Below are positions 28,508 to 36,530 of a DNA stretch of 64,000 bases, piece after piece. A program made the translations under genes and the position numbers. A model generated the notes under the pieces. It had not been told where the DNA came from. It did no database searches and saw only the letters and a list, made by a program, of their open reading frames with translations. How positions within the stretch are numbered: position 1 is the first letter of the stretch; the number at the start of each line of letters is the position of its first letter. Source of the DNA: a virus; the IMG/VR virus record IMGVR_UViG_3300013939_000002, positions 1-64,000 of that record; one strand, given 5' to 3'.

Positions 28508-28596
28508 TAAATCCTTCGTAGAATCAATTCTGAGAAGATTTCTAATTAAACTTGATAAACCCTACAGGCTAGCTTACAGAATTGCTTGTAGGGCTT
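28508..28596 (+). terminator. tandem hairpin terminators (repeat copy R1)
   Basis: AATCcTTCgtAGAA-tcaa-TTCTgaGAAGATT then TCT; second hairpin CCCTACA..TGTAGGG followed by CTTTC. Confidence 0.65.
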
Positions 28597-28615
28597 TCTA
28601 GGAGCAAATAGCGAC

Positions 28616-28840
28616 ATGTCTAATTCTGAAACAAAAGTTCAATTTGTATTTGATTTCGAGAAAGTCAACAAAGTTAAATATAAAAACTATAAAGGTGAGA
28701 TTCGTGACCGATATATTACACCCCAACTAATCTGGTATGGAACAACTGAATATCATCCTGAGCCACAACTATTTTTGTTAGCTTTAGATGTTGAGAAAGG
28801 CACCACACGTGACTTTGCGCTTAACGATTTTATTTTCTAA
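28616..28840 (+). CDS. hypothetical protein
   Basis: Track ORF. Confidence 0.6.
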   Translation: MSNSETKVQFVFDFEKVNKVKYKNYKGEIRDRYITPQLIWYGTTEYHPEPQLFLLALDVEKGTTRDFALNDFIF

Positions 28841-28872
28841 ATAGCATAACACAAATATTCTCGCTTGACATC

Positions 28873-28901
28873 TTGAATTTTTAAGAAATCTGTGCTAAAA
28901 T
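28873..28901 (+). promoter_or_regulatory. sigma70-like promoter TTGAAT-17-TGcTAAAAT
   Basis: TTGAAT 28873-78, 17-nt spacer, extended -10 ending 28901. Confidence 0.6.
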
Positions 28902-28949
28902 GGAAATATATTTGAGCAAAGCGAAAATATTATATTAATAATATTATAA

Positions 28950-29004
28950 TTAGTATAGAGTAGTTAGTGTACTGATTGACTGATAAGTTAGTATAGTTAG
29001 TATA
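28950..29004. repeat. four direct copies of TTAGTRTA between promoters
   Basis: TTAGTATA 28950, TTAGTGTA 28964, TTAGTATA 28988, TTAGTATA 28997. Confidence 0.6.
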
Positions 29005-29050
29005 CCAATATACACATAATAACAAATACAGCAATATAGTAAAATAATAG

Positions 29051-29079
29051 TTGACAATAGAGAACAGTTAGTTTATAGT
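29051..29079 (+). promoter_or_regulatory. sigma70-like promoter TTGACA-17-TATAGT
   Basis: TTGACA 29051-56, 17-nt spacer, TATAGT 29074-79; leader hairpin 29081-29112. Confidence 0.8.
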
Positions 29080-29138
29080 TAAGGCACAGCTTGAGATTTC
29101 AGGTTGTGCTTTATTTGTATGTAAGATGGGAGAAATAG

Positions 29139-29330
29139 ATGGATAGTGAGTTATTTGATAAATTGAAAGAAAGTATGAAACAAATGAATAGGATGGTTGA
29201 AAGTGTAGAAGGACAAGGTTCACAAACAGTCTTAACCCTTTCTGGTTCGGAAGGGTTGACATTTGAACAAATTCAAACTAAAATTAAAGAAGCAGTTGAG
29301 AAATTAGACAAGGAGAGAACAGGTGAATAA
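29139..29330 (+). CDS. hypothetical protein
   Basis: Track ORF; GGGAGAAATAG RBS. Confidence 0.55.
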   Translation: MDSELFDKLKESMKQMNRMVESVEGQGSQTVLTLSGSEGLTFEQIQTKIKEAVEKLDKERTGE

Positions 29331-29586
29331 CACAAACAAATTTATGATGGTTTTATTGATTATCCCTTTTGTTAAATTTTATGATAAACACAAGACTAAA
29401 TTAGTTGCTGGTCTAATTAGTATCATTTATGGATTACTAATGGCTCTGCTGTTAAATCTGTTAATCACAACACACATGTTCTGGTTTGAAACAGTATTAG
29501 CAATGTTTGTTATTGTTGGTTTTAGTTACAGTCCATTTCTTCAACTCACAACATACTATTTCAACAAAACTGATAAGGAACAATAA
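29323..29586 (+). CDS. multi-pass small membrane protein
   Basis: Track ORF; three hydrophobic segments. Confidence 0.6.
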   Translation: MNNTNKFMMVLLIIPFVKFYDKHKTKLVAGLISIIYGLLMALLLNLLITTHMFWFETVLAMFVIVGFSYSPFLQLTTYYFNKTDKEQ

Positions 29587-30200
29587 TGGCATCACTTTAT
29601 TTTCATTATTCAACAATGAATGCTGGAAAATCTACACATGCATTAACCACAGCATTTAACTATAAAGAACGCAACATGCGAACATTATTGGTTAAACCCG
29701 CTGTTGATAGTCGAGAACAAGGTGTTATTGCTTCACGTATCGGTATCAGTGAAACATGTTGTCTTGTTGAACCACACGAAATGATTAGCCATCTGCTAAC
29801 ACCACAAACAAAATTATACGGTGTTCTTGAACAACACAAACATTTTGATTTTAAGATTGATTGTGTTATTGTTGATGAAGCACAATTCTTAACAGCAGAG
29901 CAGGTTTACGACTTAACCAAAATAACAGATCTTTACAACATTCCGGTTATGTGTTACGGCCTTAGAACCGACTTCCAAGGAAAAATGTTTGAAGGTTCTA
30001 AAGCATTATTTGAATTAGCAGACAAGTTGGTTGAAATCAAAACAATTTGTTGGTGTGGCAAGAAAGCCACGATGGTTGTTCGCACAGATTCAAACGGAGA
30101 CGTTATCCGAGATGGTGAACAAGTTGTTATTGGTGGAAATGAATGTTATATTAGTTTGTGTCGCAAACATTTTAAATCAGGGCAAACACATAATGAATAA
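29586..30200 (+). CDS. tdk: thymidine kinase
   Basis: LYFHYSTMNAGKSTHAL, VDEAQFL, CYGLRTDF, ICWCGKKA...CRKH closely parallel E. coli Tdk. Confidence 0.95.
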   Translation: MASLYFHYSTMNAGKSTHALTTAFNYKERNMRTLLVKPAVDSREQGVIASRIGISETCCLVEPHEMISHLLTPQTKLYGVLEQHKHFDFKIDCVIVDEAQFLTAEQVYDLTKITDLYNIPVMCYGLRTDFQGKMFEGSKALFELADKLVEIKTICWCGKKATMVVRTDSNGDVIRDGEQVVIGGNECYISLCRKHFKSGQTHNE

Positions 30201-30423
30201 CTTGAGCGCAATTGAAAAGAAAGAACGTGTTATGCAACGGTTACTTGACAACAATGTTTGTTTTCCTACATACTCTGAATTTAAGTGTCGTTCTGTTTTC
30301 TTAGAACCAGACTACACATTCTATGTTGATTATTTGAGCAAGGAAACTGTAGTCGTTAGTTTGGAAGATAGTATTGTTATTACACAAGATGAATATGATA
30401 AATTTAAAAATGAACAGACGTAG
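30193..30423 (+). CDS. hypothetical protein
   Basis: ATG 30193 overlapping the tdk stop; in frame with track ORF 30031..30423. Confidence 0.55.
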   Translation: MNNLSAIEKKERVMQRLLDNNVCFPTYSEFKCRSVFLEPDYTFYVDYLSKETVVVSLEDSIVITQDEYDKFKNEQT

Positions 30424-30436
30424 AGGAGAGTAATTT

Positions 30437-30877
30437 ATGGGTAAATCAAACTACCCTAACATAACAGTTGTTGAATTTCCACTAAACTTAAAATATACTC
30501 ATACTGTAAAATATGGTATCGTAGTTATGGATAAATGTACAGTAGATCCAGTAGATATTAAAGAGTCATTACGGAAGATGTACGAACAAATCCCAAACAC
30601 TTTTATTTTTCTTTATGATATTAGTCAAGATGTCAAAGACTGTTATGATTTTAGTTTATTAGGTTTAGATTATAATGTAGACCCATCTCTTTATGAATAT
30701 AAATTTTATACAGTTCAACCCGTATATCTTGGTAATATGTTTAACGAAGCAACAGAATTATTTGACAAACTGGAATTTATTAAAGATTATACATTAAAGA
30801 TTCTGAACACAAACAAAACTGATGACAATGAAACTATGGAATATGTTTTAGAGTTTTTACACTATAGTAATAAATGA
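30437..30877 (+). CDS. hypothetical protein
   Basis: Track ORF; GAGGAGAGTAATTT RBS. Confidence 0.65.
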   Translation: MGKSNYPNITVVEFPLNLKYTHTVKYGIVVMDKCTVDPVDIKESLRKMYEQIPNTFIFLYDISQDVKDCYDFSLLGLDYNVDPSLYEYKFYTVQPVYLGNMFNEATELFDKLEFIKDYTLKILNTNKTDDNETMEYVLEFLHYSNK

Positions 30878-30888
30878 GGGAGATTAGT

Positions 30889-31239
30889 ATGAACCTACAG
30901 TTACTTTACCAGCAAGTTAAGCGAGCTGTTGAAGCAGTAGAACACAACAATAAAAATCCAGAAGAGATTGAAGTTGTAATTCCAGTATTTCAAATGGGGC
31001 GCGTTGGCCCAACACCTAATGTTGAAGTTAACAATATTTCTTTAGGTTTTGATTGGGATACAAATAAACTGTTTGTTAATCCATCAGTTAAACTCCGTGA
31101 AACTGACATTGATGAAATTAAGAGTTTATCTAAAGAATATAACCAGCTGGCAACACAGTTAATGAAAGTTAAAGACCTAGAACGAAAAGTTCAACGGTTG
31201 ACACAAGAATTAAACAAATATAAAGGAGAGTCAAATTGA
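30889..31239 (+). CDS. hypothetical coiled-coil protein
   Basis: ATG 30889 after GGGAGATTAGT; in frame with track ORF 30874..31239. Confidence 0.6.
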   Translation: MNLQLLYQQVKRAVEAVEHNNKNPEEIEVVIPVFQMGRVGPTPNVEVNNISLGFDWDTNKLFVNPSVKLRETDIDEIKSLSKEYNQLATQLMKVKDLERKVQRLTQELNKYKGESN

Positions 31240-31499
31240 TTATTATTGTTATAACAACACTATTATTTCTGTACTGGTTTCATGATGAGTTGGGTGTAGT
31301 CTGGGGCATTGTTGGTGGAGTACTTTTTGGTTTTATATTATCTGAAATGGCCTGTGGTTTATTTTACACAGATAAATCCAATATTAACGTTCTCTCACAA
31401 AACAACACAAGTATTTATAGTTTGTCAGGAGTGAATGGTGTTTCAGGAAGTTTCACATTTGGAACAGGCACAGTCGAATCAAAACCTGTATATTATTAG
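31236..31499 (+). CDS. membrane protein
   Basis: Track ORF; two N-terminal TM segments. Confidence 0.6.
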   Translation: MIIIVITTLLFLYWFHDELGVVWGIVGGVLFGFILSEMACGLFYTDKSNINVLSQNNTSIYSLSGVNGVSGSFTFGTGTVESKPVYY

Positions 31500-31539
31500 T
31501 GTTCGCTAGCGAATTAACCGAAGGTTAACAACCAATAGG

Positions 31540-31800
31540 TTGCACCGCTTTGCATACAAAACTGGAGACAAAGAATACACAATAAATAAGTTAAGCGGAG
31601 AAGATATCCGATTCAAATTAGATAATCCACAACAACCTTATATTCAAAGAATTAATTACTTTGATGGTAGAAAGAACGTTAATAGTTTTGGTTATAAATA
31701 TGTTGTGACTGACCTAGTTAATTGGAACTTGAAAACAAGACACATTGTGCATCTCCCAGAGAATGCAATCCAACAAAGTTATTCAGCTATGCCACAATAA
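31540..31800 (+). CDS. hypothetical protein (start uncertain)
   Basis: Track ORF with TTG start and only a weak GAAGG 15 nt upstream; preceded by hairpin TTAACC-gaa-GGTTAA. Confidence 0.45.
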   Translation: MHRFAYKTGDKEYTINKLSGEDIRFKLDNPQQPYIQRINYFDGRKNVNSFGYKYVVTDLVNWNLKTRHIVHLPENAIQQSYSAMPQ

Positions 31801-31816
31801 CATACAACTAAATAAT

Positions 31817-31850
31817 ATCCCTGTGTTAACTCATAGGGATTTTGTCGTTT
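31817..31850 (+). terminator. stem-loop terminator (moderate)
   Basis: ATCCCT ... AGGGAT followed by TTTGTCGTTT. Confidence 0.55.
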
Positions 31851-31884
31851 ATAATTAACACATACAACAATAATGGAGGAGACT

Positions 31885-32142
31885 ATGAAAACACAAGTTT
31901 ATATTGTTGAGTCAACAGACTTAAACAGTGTTCTACAGCAGATACATACACACATAACCAACAACATATCCAAATCAGACTTAGTCGATAAAGGTTTTAT
32001 ATTGGACTTATCGAGAACACCACAACACATTTCTAACTTAGAACACATATTGGATCAACTAGCATTCATAAACAATCTAGATATCGTATTTTATACAACA
32101 GAGCAAAACCAACACGGTTTGTTTGATTATTATACAATTTGA
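31885..32142 (+). CDS. hypothetical protein
   Basis: ATG 31885 after GGAGGAGACT; in frame with track ORF 31873..32142. Confidence 0.6.
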   Translation: MKTQVYIVESTDLNSVLQQIHTHITNNISKSDLVDKGFILDLSRTPQHISNLEHILDQLAFINNLDIVFYTTEQNQHGLFDYYTI

Positions 32143-32180
32143 CACTGTTTGACCGTAAGGTTAACCTCACACAATAATTT

Positions 32181-32214
32181 AAGGACAGGTCTGATGGCTT
32201 GTCCTTTTATTTTA
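32181..32214 (+). terminator. rho-independent terminator closing the plus-strand block
   Basis: AAGGACAG-gtctgatgg-CTTGTCCTT followed by TTATTTTAT. Confidence 0.75.
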
Positions 32215-33521
32215 TCTGTAGAAACACAACACAAATTTACTTAAGACTAATCGAATAAATAACCTAACTGAATACATTATCCCACCTTAAATTTTATACT
32301 TCTTAACCCAACCCCACCCCAGCAGAATCTATTATATGCCCCTGCCTCTGATTATTCATCTTACTGAAAATATCATAACTGTTATGTTTAAACCTACTTA
32401 CCATCGTATCTATATTATAGTTATTATTCAGCTCGACATCTGAATCATCATATTAAACTTAGCCTTACGCAAGATTGATATCTTAGTTGTTAGCGGCCTT
32501 ATTCTATCATTAGCTATACATCATAGGTGCTAGGCACGTGAACCCAAGCCTGTATAAATATACAGTATAAATTGGCAATATCCTAAGAGGCTCCCAGACA
32601 GCCAACTAACCAGAACAACTCTGATTGCGTCCAATATGTCCTGCCTTACTTTCAGTTCCTTTCTGACAGTCCTTCAATACAAATATTATTATGCAGCCTA
32701 TTGGCTGTTAGCTGAAAGCTAAGTCGCAATGGCGACCATTAATCAAACATTAAAATAATTTTTATTTGTTTTATTATGCCTACATAAGAGTTCTTCTTAA
32801 TGTCAATACTGTATAAACATCCAATATTAAATAACCTAATAAAATCAAACAGTTAACTAAACAGATAGAAACTCTGAATTACATAGAGAACCTAGACAAT
32901 AACAGAATAAAAAACTTATACTCAATAATGCTCTATTTAACATAACTACAAGTTTTGCGCACTACACTATTTAATTCTGATTCGGACAATATTTCATGCT
33001 GTTTGAGAATTATTACTATTTAGGCTGCAAGAATAGTTTATATAATAACTTTATACAAAATAGAATAATTTATTATGTTAAATATAAGCAATACAAATAG
33101 AACCGATTTAGCCTAGAACTAACACGCAATCTGCAATTGTTACCAGTTCAGCTACTAAACAATAATGCGAATGATTATCGTTTAGATTAACATTCAATGT
33201 TTCTTAATGGGCAGTTTGAGGGATTCAGTAATACTGATTAAGCTTTAAATGTTGGCGCTGATACGTCAGCTTAAGCGTCGCTCCGCAGTAACGTCAGGAG
33301 AGAAAGAGAAGATTGTTAAACAAAACAAGTAAAAATCTGCACAGTTGATACAGAACATCAACCCTTAACAAATAGGATAAAACATTACGACAATATAAAT
33401 AAAATTAAATACTATAACAAACAGAGATTAGTAAATCTTCTCAGTGGTAAATACCGCTACTAGTATTCTGGATCAGAACTAAAGATCATAATGATGAAAG
33501 CAATCAGTTCTAATCTAAAAA

Positions 33522-33684
33522 CTATATAATAACAACAGCAAGTTGCTGATTTTCAAAGAAAATCTTGCAATCTTGTTTTGTTATTATATTCCATAAACAG
33601 CTTAACTTTTCAATGATTGATATAATAACAAAATAACAACTGCTATCGTAGATAGCTTGGTTGGTTACTGTTGTTATTATATAG
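33522..33684. repeat. nested inverted repeats sharing an ATATAATAACAA core, with two internal palindromes
   Basis: Outer perfect 17-bp IR CTATATAATAACAACAG 33522-38 / 33668-84; inner 15-bp IR 33575-89 / 33620-34 (14/15); palindromes 33539-76 and GCTATC-gta-GATAGC 33642-56. Confidence 0.85.
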
Positions 33685-34100
33685 TTTTGCTCGGCTTTGC
33701 CTCGCAAAACTCCTGCTATTATCTCTGAATTGTTCACTGTTGTTCATCCCTTTAAAGCACAGAAGCTCAAGAGCTGTTCTAAAGCTTCCAGAACATTTTT
33801 ATTCTTTCTATTATCTTTATTTTCTATCTGTTTTTCTTTCTTGTCTGTTTCTTTTCTGGTTATTAATACAGTCATTATTTATAGTTTATTATAACTTTTG
33901 TTTATATGTTCTGATTATGCCTGTGTTGAATTTTGAGAGGTTTAATTGTAGGGTTTAGTTGGTATATTCGGTAGGTATTTAGGGCTAATGCAGATGTTTC
34001 TGGACGTATTATATTTGATTTATTAGGTATGTTTGCGGTGGATTTATGGTTATGAGGTAGTGTGTAGTAAAGTATTACTGTTAGTACTTACTGTTTAAAT

Positions 34101-34133
34101 ACAAAAACAAAAAGGCCACCATAAAGGCAGCCT
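34101..34133 (-). terminator. rho-independent terminator closing the minus-strand block
   Basis: On minus RNA: AGGCUGCC-uuuau-GGUGGCCU (two G-U pairs, so strand-specific) followed by UUUUUGUUUUUG. Confidence 0.8.
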
Positions 34134-34161
34134 CTTATTATTTCATATTATATTGTGTTGT

Positions 34162-34308
34162 TTATTCTTGCTCTAATTCTTCCCATTCTGTTTTGCGTTG
34201 TGTATGTTTGGTTTTGTTCAACTTTCGGCCCTGTTGAGTTCGCTCAATCTCAGAAAATTTGAATTTGTTGGTTTTCTGGAATTTTTCAACATTGCTATTT
34301 GTTTGCAT
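34162..34308 (-). CDS. small basic hypothetical protein (48 aa)
   Basis: ATG 34308 after AAGGAAATAGTAA; below track cutoff. Confidence 0.45.
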   Translation of the reverse strand: MQTNSNVEKFQKTNKFKFSEIERTQQGRKLNKTKHTQRKTEWEELEQE

Positions 34309-34374
34309 TTACTATTTCCTTTATTGTTTGTTTGATAAATAGAGTGTTAAAACTGTTTTTGTTCGTTTGATAAC

Positions 34375-34743
34375 TTAATAAACTTTCTTTAAATTATCAA
34401 CTGGTGTTCCGTTGTTTTTATAAATCTGGCGTGTATCCATAATCACCTTTGCAATTCGTTCTGGGTTTGTATCTGAGACATTCACTAGGACTTTAAATCC
34501 ATTTTTCATGCACATTTCACAGATTGCATCATATTGTGTTTCGTTCAAAACATCAGAACCACTATCACGGATAATTCCTGATTCTTCATAACACACGTAA
34601 CCATAACGATAAGTCATTCTTTTATATCCTCTGTAAACCAATCTAAACAAAACGATTAATAATAACAGTATTCCAATTATGGGGCTGATTGCAATCAGAA
34701 CAATTCCAACAACAATTAAGCCTCCTAAAACATCATCTAACAT
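34375..34743 (-). CDS. membrane-anchored protein
   Basis: Track ORF; N-terminal TM GGLIVVGIVLIAISPIIGILLLLIVLF. Confidence 0.65.
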   Translation of the reverse strand: MLDDVLGGLIVVGIVLIAISPIIGILLLLIVLFRLVYRGYKRMTYRYGYVCYEESGIIRDSGSDVLNETQYDAICEMCMKNGFKVLVNVSDTNPERIAKVIMDTRQIYKNNGTPVDNLKKVY

Positions 34744-34772
34744 ATTGTGATTTCCTGATGTTTTGTTATTTA

Positions 34773-35174
34773 TTAGAATCGGAAACCGTATCCTTTTTCT
34801 TTTAATGTTAGTTTAGCAATTTCACAGCCTAAACGGTACCAATACTGTTCAACTTTCTGCTCTGCTTTATACTCTGTATCCGTTTCCTTAATAAAATTCC
34901 ACTGGCGTAATTTTTCTTCGATTGCATTGTTATAATACTCTACTTGTGTAGTTGTTGGTAAACCACGTAACCAATTTTCAGCAGCTTTCCGTAAGCCATA
35001 ATGTTTCACATCATAACCTTTTTCAGAAACAAAAGTATCTACCAACAATTTAACTTTCTCTGCTTCGGTTTCTGGAACATCGCCATTATAATCACAAACA
35101 CAAGATAACAGATACTCTTTGAACATTTTAGAAAAGTTTGGGCGAGTAACCTTGATGGTGTTTTGTGCGTTCAT
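34773..35174 (-). CDS. hypothetical protein
   Basis: Track ORF. Confidence 0.65.
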   Translation of the reverse strand: MNAQNTIKVTRPNFSKMFKEYLLSCVCDYNGDVPETEAEKVKLLVDTFVSEKGYDVKHYGLRKAAENWLRGLPTTTQVEYYNNAIEEKLRQWNFIKETDTEYKAEQKVEQYWYRLGCEIAKLTLKEKGYGFRF

Positions 35175-35231
35175 AATCTGTTTTCCTATTTTGTTTTAAC
35201 TGGCAAGCCCTGTTGCTTGTCTTATGTATTA

Positions 35232-35260
35232 AATATAAATTATTTGGTTTATTGTGTCAA
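35232..35260 (-). promoter_or_regulatory. sigma70-like promoter TTGACA-17-TATATT
   Basis: Minus strand: TTGACA (35260-55), 17-nt spacer, TATATT (35237-32). Confidence 0.7.
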
Positions 35261-35281
35261 GTTTTTATTTGTTATTTTTAA

Positions 35282-35557
35282 TCACTTTACATCAAAATCA
35301 AAAATACGGATTGTTTTGTTCTGACGGTCAGGAGATTTACTGATCAACTTATAAGTTTTGTAACCGTGTTGTGTATAAGTTTTCACGTGGTATTCTGAAC
35401 CACCCAGACGGCGGAAGAAAGGTGATGAATTAACACCGTTGTTATATTCCTCTTCAGAGATAACTTTCTCAGTTGTTTCGACAGTTTGATATACAGTTTT
35501 AGTGCCAGCTTTCAAAACTTGTTTGATGGTGGTCATAATTGCATATGCTTTAGTCAT
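35282..35557 (-). CDS. hypothetical protein
   Basis: Track ORF. Confidence 0.6.
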   Translation of the reverse strand: MTKAYAIMTTIKQVLKAGTKTVYQTVETTEKVISEEEYNNGVNSSPFFRRLGGSEYHVKTYTQHGYKTYKLISKSPDRQNKTIRIFDFDVK

Positions 35558-35611
35558 TTTCTCTATCTCTTTATTTGGTTTGGTTGAGAACCATTTCTCA
35601 ACCTTTGAAAG

Positions 35612-35640
35612 TATTCTAGTTTATCTTTACGTTTAACGCA
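35612..35640 (-). promoter_or_regulatory. sigma70-like promoter TTGCGT-17-TAGAAT
   Basis: Minus strand hexamers at 35640-35 and 35617-12; 9-bp leader hairpin GGTTGAGAA..TTCTCAACC downstream. Confidence 0.6.
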
Positions 35641-35665
35641 AGCTTTATTTTAAACTATTTTCTAT

Positions 35666-35962
35666 TTATTTGATGCTAACAGGAACCATTAACATCATTT
35701 CTAATTCTGCCAATAATGACAGTTTGCAACGATTAAACAAATCACGAACCATAGCAGGTTTTGAAGATTGGCAAACAGTCTTTATAGGTTGTCCATCGAC
35801 AACAACCGAGATCCCCAGTTTGTTTGATTCTTTCACAACAACTTTAAATGAAACATCATGTAAGCCTGAAACAATCTTGGATGCAAAATTGTGCAAATAT
35901 TGTTGCAATGCATCATGATTAAAGCTCGTTTGTTCTAAATTCAAGTTTGCAAAACGTTTCAT
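35666..35962 (-). CDS. hypothetical protein
   Basis: Track ORF. Confidence 0.6.
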   Translation of the reverse strand: MKRFANLNLEQTSFNHDALQQYLHNFASKIVSGLHDVSFKVVVKESNKLGISVVVDGQPIKTVCQSSKPAMVRDLFNRCKLSLLAELEMMLMVPVSIK

Positions 35963-36030
35963 AATCTGTTACCTACATCTGTTTAACTGTGGACAGCTTT
36001 TACATTTGCTGTCCCGTCCTGATGTAGATA

Positions 36031-36059
36031 ATATTATCAAAAGAGATTAAACAGTGCAA
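36031..36059 (-). promoter_or_regulatory. sigma70-like promoter TTGCAC-17-TAATAT
   Basis: Minus strand hexamers at 36059-54 and 36036-31; leader hairpin GGACAGC..GCTGTCC. Confidence 0.7.
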
Positions 36060-36066
36060 CTGTTAA

Positions 36067-36495
36067 TTATAGGTCTAATTGATAATGTGTGATTTCTGTC
36101 TCAAAATGTTTGGCCAGAAACGAATCAATCTGAGGCCCAACAGCTTTATCGCAACGGATTACTAACTGGTCTAAACTGTTGTACACTGTAATCACTCGGC
36201 CTTGCTCCACATAGCCAGAGCACACTATATCAAAACAATTAAGCTGATCTTTAATATTTTGGTATTCTAATTTATTATTGGCTTTTATTAATGTTTTAAC
36301 AACCTCAGACAAGCTTTTCTGTGACTTCAAAGCACGATATAAACAAGGATCAAATTCTCGAATACTGTCAATACTTTCTAATTCTTTGTGAAAAGCTTTT
36401 AGGTTTTTATAGTCTCCGTTGTTAATTTCACAAATTAAACTGCCTGTAATACCACATAGGACTGCTTGTTGTTTCTGTTTGTTTTGTGTGAACAT
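36067..36495 (-). CDS. hypothetical protein
   Basis: Track ORF. Confidence 0.65.
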   Translation of the reverse strand: MFTQNKQKQQAVLCGITGSLICEINNGDYKNLKAFHKELESIDSIREFDPCLYRALKSQKSLSEVVKTLIKANNKLEYQNIKDQLNCFDIVCSGYVEQGRVITVYNSLDQLVIRCDKAVGPQIDSFLAKHFETEITHYQLDL

Positions 36496-36530
36496 TGTTT
36501 GAATCTCTCTGTTAACTTATGATACAGATA

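Noticed and set aside
33522-33958. Track ORFs 33522..33737(-), 33671..33958(+) and 33697..33894(+) in the convergence zone
   Set aside because: No RBS, extreme Leu/Phe/Ser/Ile low-complexity products, mutually overlapping, and spanning the inverted-repeat element. Treated as noncoding.
32215-34100. tRNA genes in the long noncoding zone (expected because the phage encodes a CCA-adding enzyme)
   Set aside because: Scanning both strands by eye found no T-arm/GTTCRAnnC-type motifs or cloverleaf-compatible stems. tRNAscan-SE should still be run.
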